Assembly: GCA_038824035.1 (NCBI GenBank)
Contig: JAWBBW010000006.1
Location: 1 to 64,000, forward strand
Source: Desulfurococcaceae archaeon
GTDB taxonomy: Archaea > Thermoproteota > Thermoprotei_A > Sulfolobales > Desulfurococcaceae
Direction of reading: 5' to 3'
Length of the DNA stretch: 64,000 nucleotides
A program made the position numbers and the translations under genes. The notes under the pieces were generated by a model. The model worked only from the letters and a program-made list of their open reading frames with translations. It had not been told where the DNA came from and made no database searches. Shown one piece after another: positions 51,301 through 60,250 of this stretch. The stretch's first letter is position 1. Each line of letters begins with the position of its first letter.

Positions 51301-51980
51301 TAGAGGACTTAATCAAGAATATTGCAGAGGGCAATATCAATATCACTATACCTCTCTCTAACCTACACCTCAAGATATATGATATGATATTTAAGAGGTT
51401 TATAGCTAGTCAGATGAAGCCATTTAAAGCCATTGAAACAACTTTCAGGGTTAAAATAGATAATATAGAAATAGGGGAGTTCACTGTTTTCACGTCTATT
51501 ATAGAAGATGGTTTCAATATCATGATCCCTTGTAGAGTTGTAAAAACACTACATCAAGTAGATAGGTATACAGCAGTGGTTTCCTCAATAAAAGTGATTA
51601 AAACGAGTAAGATTCAATTATATAGTGAGGGCGAGATTGTATCCTTAATGAAAAAATTGGGCATAGGTAGGCCAAGTACGTATTCAAAGATAATATCAAG
51701 TATAAAGAGACATGGATATGTAATCGTCTCAAAGAAAAAATCAAAACTGATACCAACAAAAACCGGAAAAGAGATATATAAATATGTAACAAGCATTTAT
51801 GGAGAATTAGTTTCAATTGAAATGACTAGGAGAATGGAAATAATAATAGATGAAATTATTTCACGGAGTAAGAATTGTCATCAAGCAGTAATTGAAATAC
51901 TTAATGATCTAATGAAATATGGGCTAATAGCCAGTTATCCATTAGAGAAAACCATTATCAATACTTCCTACGTATTTTAA
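48321..51980 (+). CDS. rgy: Reverse gyrase
   Basis: N-terminal Zn finger, APTGMGKTT, DDVD, YIQASGRSSRL, VESPTKA, ATDPD.EGE, catalytic ITYHRTD. Confidence 0.96.
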   Translation: MNTVDPVYRNMCPLCGGDILASELRTTGSCLRCFNVRKDNMVITMAYSDLFRKEEEEFVEFFKKATNGLVPWGAQRTWVKRILSGENTVLIAPTGMGKTTLLLIYALYIAIHNKKVLYLAPTKALAKQIYQKLFVYGNNCGANNLKILFYDSSLSKKKREYLLKQIEEGDFKILVSTNSFLARRFDLLSRNAIDVILVDDVDSLIRSEKNTVKLLKLMGYDEEIIQLAKKRMNILWKLLVSQTMGNKDCTSLIKELLEIDNRINNYIINKKKVQVIIASATGRTRGIIGKVLRDLLRIDISGITIYGRDVTDSYILIDLKDIEQFLVNVIKSLGKGGIIYISPRHPYRDFFLKALNKVMEILSKNGFRIDTATPHNVIRLINGELDLLIGSSSYYGSSVRGIDAPENIRYVVFVGTPLFNIKVEAFLANPNMLIRTMMEIANIEKQNDIRISANHLRKIIYNMSPSELKIMKLCLMGKIPIDSIIQNDYLYSKFQEISKYYEEVLAKIKTILTHYKVLRIGTITLAMITDNEYVALLPDVMTYIQASGRSSRLYGNKMTHGLSIVFECKELANLIHGLETKLKTINRDISFLEFDKLNIEKELKTIDDSRKMNEGNELKYKSILVVVESPTKAKTIARFFGKPVTRRMGDVSVYEIPAKINDEIIEFNIVATKGHIFDLTTDNNGIYGVKITHNIIYPIYETIKKCRMCGTQFTTGDTCPKCKSSVYIDSKSIIYVLRKLANEVDEVYIATDPDIEGEKIAYDVYVSISSINKNIWRIELHEITPQEFLRALGKKREIDLNLVEAEIYRRVLDRLIGFSISNEIQRRYKKRYLGAGRVQTPVLGIIIERYDEYVRNKGKKAIIELGEPLNIRLGFFIDDLNSDIIKNSRTILLEKICEREVEISPKPPYSTDELLADASKLNIPVDKAMKIAQELFEAGLITYHRTDSKYISSTGISIAMKYLVLKGLDLYAKPSHWDSPGTHEAIRPTYPYDVEDLIKNIAEGNINITIPLSNLHLKIYDMIFKRFIASQMKPFKAIETTFRVKIDNIEIGEFTVFTSIIEDGFNIMIPCRVVKTLHQVDRYTAVVSSIKVIKTSKIQLYSEGEIVSLMKKLGIGRPSTYSKIISSIKRHGYVIVSKKKSKLIPTKTGKEIYKYVTSIYGELVSIEMTRRMEIIIDEIISRSKNCHQAVIEILNDLMKYGLIASYPLEKTIINTSYVF

Positions 51981-52251
51981 TAAGAATATATGGACGTATT
52001 TTCCCCTTGAATTTATCGCTACCAATGCTAACATTCATTAACTCAACACTATCGCCTATTCTAGTTAGAAGTAAGTTATATAAATCAACAGTCTTAGAAA
52101 TATATGGACCAATACCCTTTAACGCTATTTCTGAAAAACCCTCTTGAAATGCAAGAATGATTTCGATCACATAATCTCTCAATGGTTTCTTTCCCACATT
52201 TATAATTCTCGTCTTCTCGGATATATTCACTTTAAACACCCATTGGAACAA
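51958..52251 (-). CDS. Alba 2 paralogue
   Basis: VGKKPLRDYV, KGIGPYISKTVD. Confidence 0.85.
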   Translation of the reverse strand: MFQWVFKVNISEKTRIINVGKKPLRDYVIEIILAFQEGFSEIALKGIGPYISKTVDLYNLLLTRIGDSVELMNVSIGSDKFKGKIRPYILIKIRRKY

Positions 52252-52330
52252 TTTAAAGGGTTTTACTTAAAATAATTCCATTATAAATATATTAAAAAAT
52301 TAAAACATTAACGCGATGTGATAAGAACAT

Positions 52331-52703
52331 GTTGAAACTGGGGAGTTAGAGGGCTTCTTTTCCACTCGACAGCGTTTTTTCTACGTTCTGATCTTAATGG
52401 ATATCCATGATAACTCCCCGGTTCCAGGGCATTTTTTCGCTTGGATAATTATAGTCTAGCATTCCCCCCTCTTTTTCTAGTGGAAGGTAATAATAGTTTT
52501 AGGAAAGATTACCTTAAATGGTTTGTATAATTTGCCAATTATTTATTATTATTTCAATATCATTGAAATTTAATTGTTTTCTATCCTGCTTTATTATTTC
52601 ATAAGAAATAAAGGGGTGGGAGTTTTAATCTCTCCATAATCATGAGTAAAGGAGAATTAAATTATAAAAACCGGGGAGTTTGCCCCCTTCTTTACGACTG
52701 GAG
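52331..52703. other. Candidate chromosomal replication origin (ORB-like elements plus AT-rich DNA)
   Basis: ORB-like: 52351-70 (-) GTCGAGTGGAAAAGAAGCCC; 52464-86 (-) CTTCCACTAGAAAAAGAGGGGGG; 52597-617 (+) TTTCATAAGAAATAAAGGGGT; 52683-703 (-) CTCCAGTCGTAAAGAAGGGGG. Confidence 0.65.
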
Positions 52704-52740
52704 AAAAAGAAATAAGAGGGATAAAATAATAGCAAAAACC

Positions 52741-53057
52741 GGGGCCGGGTGTATCCCCCACGTCCCCGATAAATGAGGGGATGAGGAAACTCCACGCACC
52801 CCGCGGTAACGCGGCCCCGTAAGGGGCACGGGTAGCACCCGTGGCAACGGCACAGAAACGGTACGGCCACCACCATATGTCGATGAAACGGGCCAGCCCC
52901 TGGTAACAGGGGTTTTAAACCGTTGAGTATGGTGGTGGAGGCGTTGAAACGGCCGTCCCGCGTGGTGTAAGGCCCGGGCCCGGGATGAGGTACCGCGCAA
53001 CCGGTATGGGCCGCTTAGACAAATGGGTCAACAGAACGTGGGTTACTACCCGGCCCC
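52741..53057 (+). ncRNA. rnpB: RNase P RNA
   Basis: P1 GGGGCCGGGT/ACCCGGCCCC, GAGGAAACTCC, GGCAACGGCACAGAAACG, TGAAACGGCCGTCCC, ACAGAACGTGGGTTAC. Confidence 0.95.
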
Positions 53058-53600
53058 TCATTTTTCGGATATGTCTATTTCTCTACATGGATCTATTTCC
53101 CAATATTCATTTATTATGTTTAACAAGTCTTCATAGCTTTTTACAGTTGAATATTCCCTGAGTAATTCATTGTTTAATTCATGGAAAACTGTTAGCCATT
53201 TATATAATTTAATCACTTTTTCATATTCTTCTCTAAAGCCAGTTATATAAAGGCTTGCCGCCACAGCCTCTATGCTTGATAAGATGCATGGTTTTCCATA
53301 ATTAATTGGGTTTGCCGGGAGTAGTGGTGGTATTTTCACATGTACACCTCTTATATTTGTAAATTTATGGCTACTTAATTTTCTCCAACTAGCATCTACA
53401 ACGATTATTCCACTGTTCTCCACATAAACCCTATCCCATGGTCCCAGGTAACTTGTACTAAATGGGTTAAGGATAATCGGTTTACCTCTTATTTCCCTTG
53501 GTTTGATAATTCTAGCTAAATTCTTTCTAACCATTTTTAATGCAGTATTTTTTAATGGATCGTCTTCCCAGAATGGAATTACCATTATATTTATTCTCAT
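53058..53600 (-). CDS. tsr3: 16S rRNA aminocarboxypropyltransferase Tsr3 (DUF367)
   Basis: DDP.KNTA.K, VVDASW, LLPANPINYGKPCILSSIEA. Confidence 0.9.
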   Translation of the reverse strand: MRINIMVIPFWEDDPLKNTALKMVRKNLARIIKPREIRGKPIILNPFSTSYLGPWDRVYVENSGIIVVDASWRKLSSHKFTNIRGVHVKIPPLLPANPINYGKPCILSSIEAVAASLYITGFREEYEKVIKLYKWLTVFHELNNELLREYSTVKSYEDLLNIINEYWEIDPCREIDISEK

Positions 53601-53682
53601 CTCTTACATATCCACCGTTTATGTTTTGATTAATTAACCGGGCTTAATATTTATTACTCATTATTTACAATATGAAATATGG

Positions 53683-53940
53683 TTGGAGAATATGGCGAAA
53701 GCATCGGCAATAATACTTGTCCAAACAGAGATAGGTTCGGAGTCGAAAGTCCTCGACGAGTTATTTAAAATACCTGAGGTCAAAGAGGCCTATATAGTCT
53801 ATGGGACATATGACTTGGTCTTGAAAATAGAGGCAGAAGCTCTGGAAAAGATAAGGGAGATTGTTACCAATAAGATAAGGAAATTACCAGATATAAGAAC
53901 AACTGTAACCATGATTGTAGTTGAAGAGAGGGTGAAGTGA
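53683..53940 (+). CDS. Lrp/AsnC ligand-binding (RAM) domain protein
   Basis: EAYIVYGTYDLVLKI...IRTTVTMIV; no HTH. Confidence 0.88.
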   Translation: MENMAKASAIILVQTEIGSESKVLDELFKIPEVKEAYIVYGTYDLVLKIEAEALEKIREIVTNKIRKLPDIRTTVTMIVVEERVK

Positions 53941-54005
53941 AATCATTCTAAAAGGCCTTCATTGATGTGAATTGGCGTTTTTTCTATTTCTATCAATCCC
54001 ACTCA

Positions 54006-54917
54006 CTAACTTGTTGTTACAATAACTTCTTTCCCCCAAACCACAATAGTGTGTTCAAATTGTGAAACAAAACCCCTAGATCTTTCGATAAGAACAGGGT
54101 ATTTAACAAGTCCATTACTCTTCTCAATATAATACAAAGCTGTTCTAATATTATCAACTGAATCTAATACACCTATGTACCACCTATCTGTGAAAGGGAG
54201 GGTTTTCCTAGCATTGTAAATATTATCGTATAGTGAACGAGCTTGCGGAGGCAATACTGCCTTCTTCTTAATGTCCCTTAATGCGTATATAGATATTAAC
54301 GAACTCTCTTTAACTAACCCGATTCCGGTAGTGGCGAAGGGTTCAATGGCATAGACCCCTGTCTTCAATCTATCCCTTGCAAGGACATCCTTATGATTAG
54401 GTATGACCATGCCCGAATGTATTATATACCTATCCATACTATGTCCACTCAGGTTCTTGATCACCTTAAACCCAGCGGCTCTTATAGTATCTTCGATTAT
54501 CTTACCAATTTCGTAGACCTTAATGCCGGGTTTTATCAATTCAAGTGCTTTTTCCAATGCTGTTCGAGACGCTTCTACTAAACCCTCTAAAACTGGATTA
54601 AAGGAAACTGTGATAGCGGTATCAGCTATATATCCATCGACATGGACACCTATATCCACTTTTACAACAGAGTTATCTGGGATCACGGATTCATCGTTAA
54701 ATAACGGTGTATAATGAGCAGCCACTTCATTGATGCCTATGTTAACCGGGAACGCCGGTTCACCACCTTGCTCCTTTATCTTATTTTCAATGTTAATGGC
54801 TATGTCTAATAGCCTCACACCAGGCTTGATTAGTTTTTCTAAGTATTTTACAATCTCTCTCGCTATCTTGCCAGCTCTAATCAATGCCTTTATGCTGTAT
54901 TCATCGAGGATATTCAT
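54006..54917 (-). CDS. map: Methionine aminopeptidase type II
   Basis: AAHYTP, DIGVHVDGYIADTA, LSGH, AIEPF, QFEHT. Confidence 0.96.
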   Translation of the reverse strand: MNILDEYSIKALIRAGKIAREIVKYLEKLIKPGVRLLDIAINIENKIKEQGGEPAFPVNIGINEVAAHYTPLFNDESVIPDNSVVKVDIGVHVDGYIADTAITVSFNPVLEGLVEASRTALEKALELIKPGIKVYEIGKIIEDTIRAAGFKVIKNLSGHSMDRYIIHSGMVIPNHKDVLARDRLKTGVYAIEPFATTGIGLVKESSLISIYALRDIKKKAVLPPQARSLYDNIYNARKTLPFTDRWYIGVLDSVDNIRTALYYIEKSNGLVKYPVLIERSRGFVSQFEHTIVVWGKEVIVTTS

Positions 54918-54981
54918 TAAAACACACCGTGTTAAATTTAAATCATTAATAAAAATATTTTAAGAAAATTGAGAAAAAGGT

Positions 54982-55677
54982 GTGAGCTTGGGTGTAATCA
55001 AGTACCTTGGTCATAGTTTCTTCGAGATAACTCTTACAGGGCTTGATGACGAAGTTAAGAACATAGCCATTGATCCATGGGTTGAAAACCCTCTTTCACC
55101 CGTCAAGATCGAGCATTACAGGGACAGGAAGTTGGACTACATATTCATAACTCATGACCATGAAGACCACTTCGGTAATGCGATAGAGTTGGCTAGATTA
55201 ACAGGTGCAACTATAGTTGGCACATACGAGATATCCCTATATGTAACGGAGAAAGGATTAAACTCCATTGGTGGAAATATAGGTGGTCCATTAAAAATAC
55301 CGGGAATTGAGGCAATACTTACACCAGCCCTTCATAGTAGTAAATTAGGTGTGCCAGTAGGTGTTGTGATAAAGGGTAATGATCTGTCTATTTACCATGC
55401 TGGTGATACAGGTCTGTTTTGTGAAATGGAGTTGATTGGTGAATTATATCAACCTGAGATAGCGCTACTCCCAATAGGAGGTCACTTCACAATGGGGATT
55501 AGAGAGGCGGCTAAGGCAGTGGAGTTATTGAAACCGAAAATAGCGATACCTATGCATTATAATACATTCCCAGTGATCCAGGCCGATCCTTTATTATTCA
55601 AAGAAATTGTGGAGAAAAAGACGAACACCAAAGTTGTGATTATAAGGCCTGGGGAAGTTTTCACATATCCTGCTTGA
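54982..55677 (+). CDS. UPF0173 metal-dependent hydrolase (MBL fold)
   Basis: LGHS, IDPW, THDHEDH, YHAGDT, LPIGG.FTM, PMHY. Confidence 0.9.
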   Translation: MSLGVIKYLGHSFFEITLTGLDDEVKNIAIDPWVENPLSPVKIEHYRDRKLDYIFITHDHEDHFGNAIELARLTGATIVGTYEISLYVTEKGLNSIGGNIGGPLKIPGIEAILTPALHSSKLGVPVGVVIKGNDLSIYHAGDTGLFCEMELIGELYQPEIALLPIGGHFTMGIREAAKAVELLKPKIAIPMHYNTFPVIQADPLLFKEIVEKKTNTKVVIIRPGEVFTYPA

Positions 55678-55725
55678 TTTGTTTTTAACTAAATTAGTTT
55701 TAATACTTCTACAAGGAGATAAGCC

Positions 55726-56814
55726 ATGGAGCCCATTTCCAAAGCGGAGTTATTGGCTAGGAACACTGTTGAGGTTGTTACAAAGGAGGAGTTAATCCGG
55801 CTGTTTTCAGAAACAAAGAGGCCAAAGGGATATATAGGATTTGAGCCAAGCGGGCTTGTTCATGTGGGATGGCTTGTGTGGATGTTGAAGGTAAAGGACA
55901 TGGTTGATGCAGGCATCGATTTCTATATACTCGAGGCAACTTGGCATGCATATATAAATGACAAACTAGGAGGCAACATGGAGTTGATCAGAAAAGCGGC
56001 AAGGTATGTCAGGGTAGTTCTAGATGCACTAGGCGTTCCTGAATCAAGGGTTCACTATGTAGATGCAGAGGAATTAGTACGTGATCTTGAATACTGGGGG
56101 TTGTTGATAAGACTAGCTAAGAGTACTAGCCTAGCCAGGGTTAAGAGGGCATTAACTATAATGGGCAGATCGATGGGGGAGGCTGAAACAGATTTCTCCA
56201 AGCTTATATATCCACTAATGCAGGTTACCGACATATTCTATTTAGATCTCGATATAGCACTGGGGGGTATTGATCAGCGAAAGGCGCATATGCTTGCAAG
56301 GGACCTAGCCGAGAAATTTGGATTCAAGAAACCAATATCTATCCATACACCTATAATCACAGGGTTAATGGGGCCTGGTAAGAGAATGGATACATCAATT
56401 GAATTAGATGAAATCATGTCCGAGGTTAAGATGAGCAAAAGCAAGCCTGAAACAGCTATATTTGTCCATGAAGATCCAGCGAGTGTTGAGTCAAAAATCC
56501 TAAAAGCATATTGCCCGCCTAGAACTGTTGAATATAATCCGATAATCGAAATAAACAAGTACATATTGTTTCAACAACCGGGATTTGTACTCCATGTGGA
56601 GAGACCATCTCAATATGGTGGGCCAATAGATATTTATAGTTATGAGGAACTCGAAAAAATGTACCTCCGCGGTGAGATCCATCCACTGGATTTGAAGAGA
56701 GCTACTTCGAATGCATTGAATAAACTACTCGATAAAATAAGGCATAGAATCTATAGTGATCAATTGGCTAGGAAGCTGTTAGAAGAGTTATCAGAGGTCA
56801 AGATCACTCGTTAA
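55726..56814 (+). CDS. tyrS: Tyrosine--tRNA ligase
   Basis: YIGFEPSG.VHVG, YPLMQVTD, GGIDQRK, KMSKS. Confidence 0.96.
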   Translation: MEPISKAELLARNTVEVVTKEELIRLFSETKRPKGYIGFEPSGLVHVGWLVWMLKVKDMVDAGIDFYILEATWHAYINDKLGGNMELIRKAARYVRVVLDALGVPESRVHYVDAEELVRDLEYWGLLIRLAKSTSLARVKRALTIMGRSMGEAETDFSKLIYPLMQVTDIFYLDLDIALGGIDQRKAHMLARDLAEKFGFKKPISIHTPIITGLMGPGKRMDTSIELDEIMSEVKMSKSKPETAIFVHEDPASVESKILKAYCPPRTVEYNPIIEINKYILFQQPGFVLHVERPSQYGGPIDIYSYEELEKMYLRGEIHPLDLKRATSNALNKLLDKIRHRIYSDQLARKLLEELSEVKITR

Positions 56815-56869
56815 GAGGTATTTGATTTTATTTAAAACCCCTATGAAATAATGATTATAATGCTGAAAT

Positions 56870-56976
<107 letters not shown>

Positions 56977-57033
56977 TATTTTTTCTATTTAAATCCTTGT
57001 TGCCTATTACTTTCCTATTGATAGCGGCTTCGA

Positions 57034-58137
57034 GTGGATAAGATGAATGGTGACACAGTCTCGTTAATAACGCAATTAATATGGATCGCATTGTTTGTGC
57101 TAATCATAACTGGCCTTAATCAACGCATACAGATGAAGCTTTGGATCTGGGATATCAGGTCAAAGATGAATGTTATTAAAAACATACTAGAAGAGGATAA
57201 ATCAAAGGTTAAGTCGATGTTGAAAAATCTTGGTATTCAAACACCCGAGGTGTTGATAAATAGGCTTCTGGAGTTTTTCACAATAAATCCTGTTGAAATA
57301 GAGCCGACCGATATAATAAGGCGTCTAAACCATTTATTGAGGACAACTGAGATATCCGTTAAGAAACTCGTAGAGGATACTATTCCACATATTGGTAAAT
57401 ATGAAAGAAGCCTTGTTGAATCATCTATTTCCATAGTCTCTGTAATCAATAACGTTTACAAAGTGGTAAGGCATTACTTGATAACAGGGGAAAGGGAAAA
57501 CAACTGGATCTTGATAATGCAATTACAGTTCTTAATGCCCCAGATAATTAGGATGATCAATATATACCATGAATCGTTGGATGCTTTTATGACCGGTAAA
57601 CCCATAGGTGATGGGGCCGGCCCACTAGTTGTCTATAACCTAGTCGAGAACAGTAGTATAATTTCGAGAAAAGTTATTAACGACACAAGTATCATAGAGA
57701 TATGGTATAAAAACAGGCGCATATTCGTGATAAAAGCCGAGGGTCCTGGAAGCAATGTGGGCCATCCAGGAGTAGTGCTGAGTCAGTTAGTAGAGGATCT
57801 AAAGGGCAACGTAGACTTGATAATAACCATTGATGCGGCGTTGAAATTAGAAGGGGAAGAAACCGGTTCATTAGCAGAGGGCGTGGGTGCGGCGATTGGC
57901 GATCCTGGCCCAGAGAAAATAGCCATAGAGAGGGCGGCATCTAAATACAATATCCCTCTCAGAGCCCTTGTCGTAAAGATGGATTTAAGAGAGGCCATCA
58001 CAACCATGCGGAAAGACATATATGATGCCTGTTGGAAAGCATATAAATACGTCGAGAAATTGATCGAGGAAAGCACGGGGCCCAATTCTACTATAATCAT
58101 AGCTGGAATCGGAAATACCATGGGTATACCGGGGTGA
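57034..58137 (+). CDS. DUF1512 family protein
   Basis: N-terminal TM helix; PIGDGAGP, KAEGPGSNVG, DAALKLEGE, GIGNTMGI. Confidence 0.85.
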   Translation: MDKMNGDTVSLITQLIWIALFVLIITGLNQRIQMKLWIWDIRSKMNVIKNILEEDKSKVKSMLKNLGIQTPEVLINRLLEFFTINPVEIEPTDIIRRLNHLLRTTEISVKKLVEDTIPHIGKYERSLVESSISIVSVINNVYKVVRHYLITGERENNWILIMQLQFLMPQIIRMINIYHESLDAFMTGKPIGDGAGPLVVYNLVENSSIISRKVINDTSIIEIWYKNRRIFVIKAEGPGSNVGHPGVVLSQLVEDLKGNVDLIITIDAALKLEGEETGSLAEGVGAAIGDPGPEKIAIERAASKYNIPLRALVVKMDLREAITTMRKDIYDACWKAYKYVEKLIEESTGPNSTIIIAGIGNTMGIPG

Positions 58138-58141
58138 TCAC

Positions 58142-58435
58142 GTGTCAGTACAGGATAATACAAGTTTAATCAACATGTTGATATTCATTATATTGATCTT
58201 CGTGCTCGTATACATGGCCTTGGAATCCAGGGTTAGAAAGCAGAGAAAACAGGAATTCATAACCTTGGAATTTTTAACATGTATAAAATGCGGCTACAAC
58301 GTAGAAAAGAACTTTGAACCAGGTGATTTTATTGGGTTGATCAAGGGCAAATGCCCTAAATGTGGAGGCGATCTCAAAGTCAAGGGTATTTACGCCGTTG
58401 AAAAAGACAAGGTTTTAAAACCCCTTTACCAGTAA
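58142..58435 (+). CDS. Membrane-anchored Zn-ribbon protein
   Basis: TM helix, then CIKCG...FEPGDFI...CPKCGG. Confidence 0.75.
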   Translation: MSVQDNTSLINMLIFIILIFVLVYMALESRVRKQRKQEFITLEFLTCIKCGYNVEKNFEPGDFIGLIKGKCPKCGGDLKVKGIYAVEKDKVLKPLYQ

Positions 58436-58445
58436 GATATTCCTC

Positions 58446-58584
58446 TGACGGCGCCCGACCCGGCCATAGTAGCCGGGCAACACCCGGTCTCATATCGAAC
58501 CCGGAAGTTAAGCCGGCTACGTCAGGGTGGCAGTGAGGTCCGCGAGGCCTCGCAGCCGCCCTGAGCTGGGATCGGGCGCCGTCA
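58446..58584 (+). rRNA. rrf: 5S rRNA (unlinked from 16S/23S; mature ends uncertain)
   Basis: GGCCATAG, CACCCGGTCTCATATCGAACCCGGAAGTTAAGCC; long terminal helix; TTTTAAAA upstream. Confidence 0.95.
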
Positions 58585-58704
58585 TGATATCTGTGTTTTC
58601 TTTCCCAGAGATCGCTCAAATTATTCAGCCTTTGCTGTTACAACACATAGTGGCCGTTATTTTTAACAATCTCAGAGAATTTATTGATAATCAAGGGATA
58701 TTTT

Positions 58705-60114
58705 ATGGCCAGGACAAAGATACTTGCCACCATAGGGCCCAGCTCGGCATCTTACGAAATAGTGAAGAAAATGATGAAAAGAGGTGTTGCCGGGTTCAGA
58801 ATAAACTGTGCCCACGGCGAGCCAGCTCTATGGAACGAATATTTTAAAATAGTTAGAGATGTTTCATCGGAACTCGATGTTACTGTTTCGACAATAATAG
58901 ATGTGCCCGGGCCCCAGATCAGATCTGGTGATTTCAATAAATTCGAAGTAAAGAAGGGAGACGTGGTTAAACTAATATACTCGTTCAAGGAGGAATCGGA
59001 GAAACATATACCTATTCCTGTCAAAGAGTTTTTTACAACGGTATCACATGGTGATGTAGTTCTGTATGGAGATGGTGAACTACTTCTTAGAATAGTGAAT
59101 ATTGATGAAAACATTGTAGAAGCCATGGCATTGAATGATGCAGTTGTTAATCCAAGGAAAAAGCTCGTCATACAGGGCAAAGATATTGAGATATCGTTTC
59201 CAAGTGAAAGAGATAAAAGCATATTGGAATACGCAACGTCCATAAAGGCATCATATGTGGCATTAAGTTATGTAAGAACCCCTGGCGATGTATTATTGGC
59301 CAGGGACTTCATGGCTAGGACTGGATGGGTACCTGGGATAATATCTAAAATAGAAACGCGTGGATCAATTCAACACATTGAAGGTATTATATCCTCGTCT
59401 GATGGGATATTGATCGCAAGAGGCGATCTTGGGCTTCACTTGCCGCTTGAAAATCTTCCCATACTTCAAAGGGAGATAATAAACAAGGCCATGAGGGCTG
59501 GCAAGCCGACAATAATAGCAACTGAGATATTAGAATCTATGATCTCCAGTCCTAGGCCTAGTAGAAGCGATGTCGTGGATATATACAATATAGTCCATCA
59601 ATTAGCCGATGCGATATTGTTGACAAATGAGACGGCCATAGGTAAATATCCAGTTGAAACAGTGGAGTGGGCTAAGAAAATCATAGAAACAGCTGAGAAC
59701 TCTATTCCAAACGCTATCATAGAGGAATCAAGGAGACACATCATCGTAAATTCTTTGAGAGAGAAATACGTCCAGGGGTTAATATTATTCGCAGAGAGTA
59801 TTGGGGGCATAATAGTTGGGTATACCAAGACAGGGAGACTACCCCTTTTAATATCGAAGTTGCGTCCACAGGTAAGTATATACATAGGTTCTACTCAAAA
59901 ACAAGTGTTGGAGAGGCTTTCAATATATTATGGCATCTCTCTCATAGATCTATCGAGATATGGCCATGATGATATAGAATATGAAGATGGTGTTGAAATG
60001 GTATTTAACGTGTTAAAGACAAAGGGGTTAATTAAACCAGGAGACATAGTTGTAAGGTCCTATACAAAATACCAACAAGATATTCATGAGATAAGAGTTG
60101 AAAAAATATATTAA
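58705..60114 (+). CDS. pyk: Pyruvate kinase
   Basis: RTKILATIGPSS, RINCAHG, SKIET, IARGDLG, ETAIGKYPVE. Confidence 0.95.
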   Translation: MARTKILATIGPSSASYEIVKKMMKRGVAGFRINCAHGEPALWNEYFKIVRDVSSELDVTVSTIIDVPGPQIRSGDFNKFEVKKGDVVKLIYSFKEESEKHIPIPVKEFFTTVSHGDVVLYGDGELLLRIVNIDENIVEAMALNDAVVNPRKKLVIQGKDIEISFPSERDKSILEYATSIKASYVALSYVRTPGDVLLARDFMARTGWVPGIISKIETRGSIQHIEGIISSSDGILIARGDLGLHLPLENLPILQREIINKAMRAGKPTIIATEILESMISSPRPSRSDVVDIYNIVHQLADAILLTNETAIGKYPVETVEWAKKIIETAENSIPNAIIEESRRHIIVNSLREKYVQGLILFAESIGGIIVGYTKTGRLPLLISKLRPQVSIYIGSTQKQVLERLSIYYGISLIDLSRYGHDDIEYEDGVEMVFNVLKTKGLIKPGDIVVRSYTKYQQDIHEIRVEKIY

Positions 60115-60115
60115 A

Positions 60116-60219
60116 AGCCGCCGGCGGGATTTGAACCCGCGTCCACCGGCTTTCCCGACTTCGGTTTCAATTATTGCTCGCTACGAGGCCGGCGCTCTAC
60201 CGGGCTGAGCTACGGCGGC
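60116..60219 (-). tRNA. tRNA-Thr(CGT) with 30-nt intron at 37/38 (60152-60181)
   Basis: GCCGCCG/CGGCGGC-U; CCGGC-CTCGTA^A-GCCGG. Confidence 0.94.
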
Positions 60220-60250
60220 CAGGTCTTCTGGATTTTAAAAATTAAGTCTT

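Noticed and set aside
52640-53000. Minus-strand ORFs 52640..52876 and 52692..53000
   Set aside because: Shadow ORFs over the GC-rich RNase P RNA and the origin region
58380-58847. ORFs 58380..58619 (-) and 58527..58847 (+)
   Set aside because: They overlap 5S rRNA and pyk and have no protein-like features
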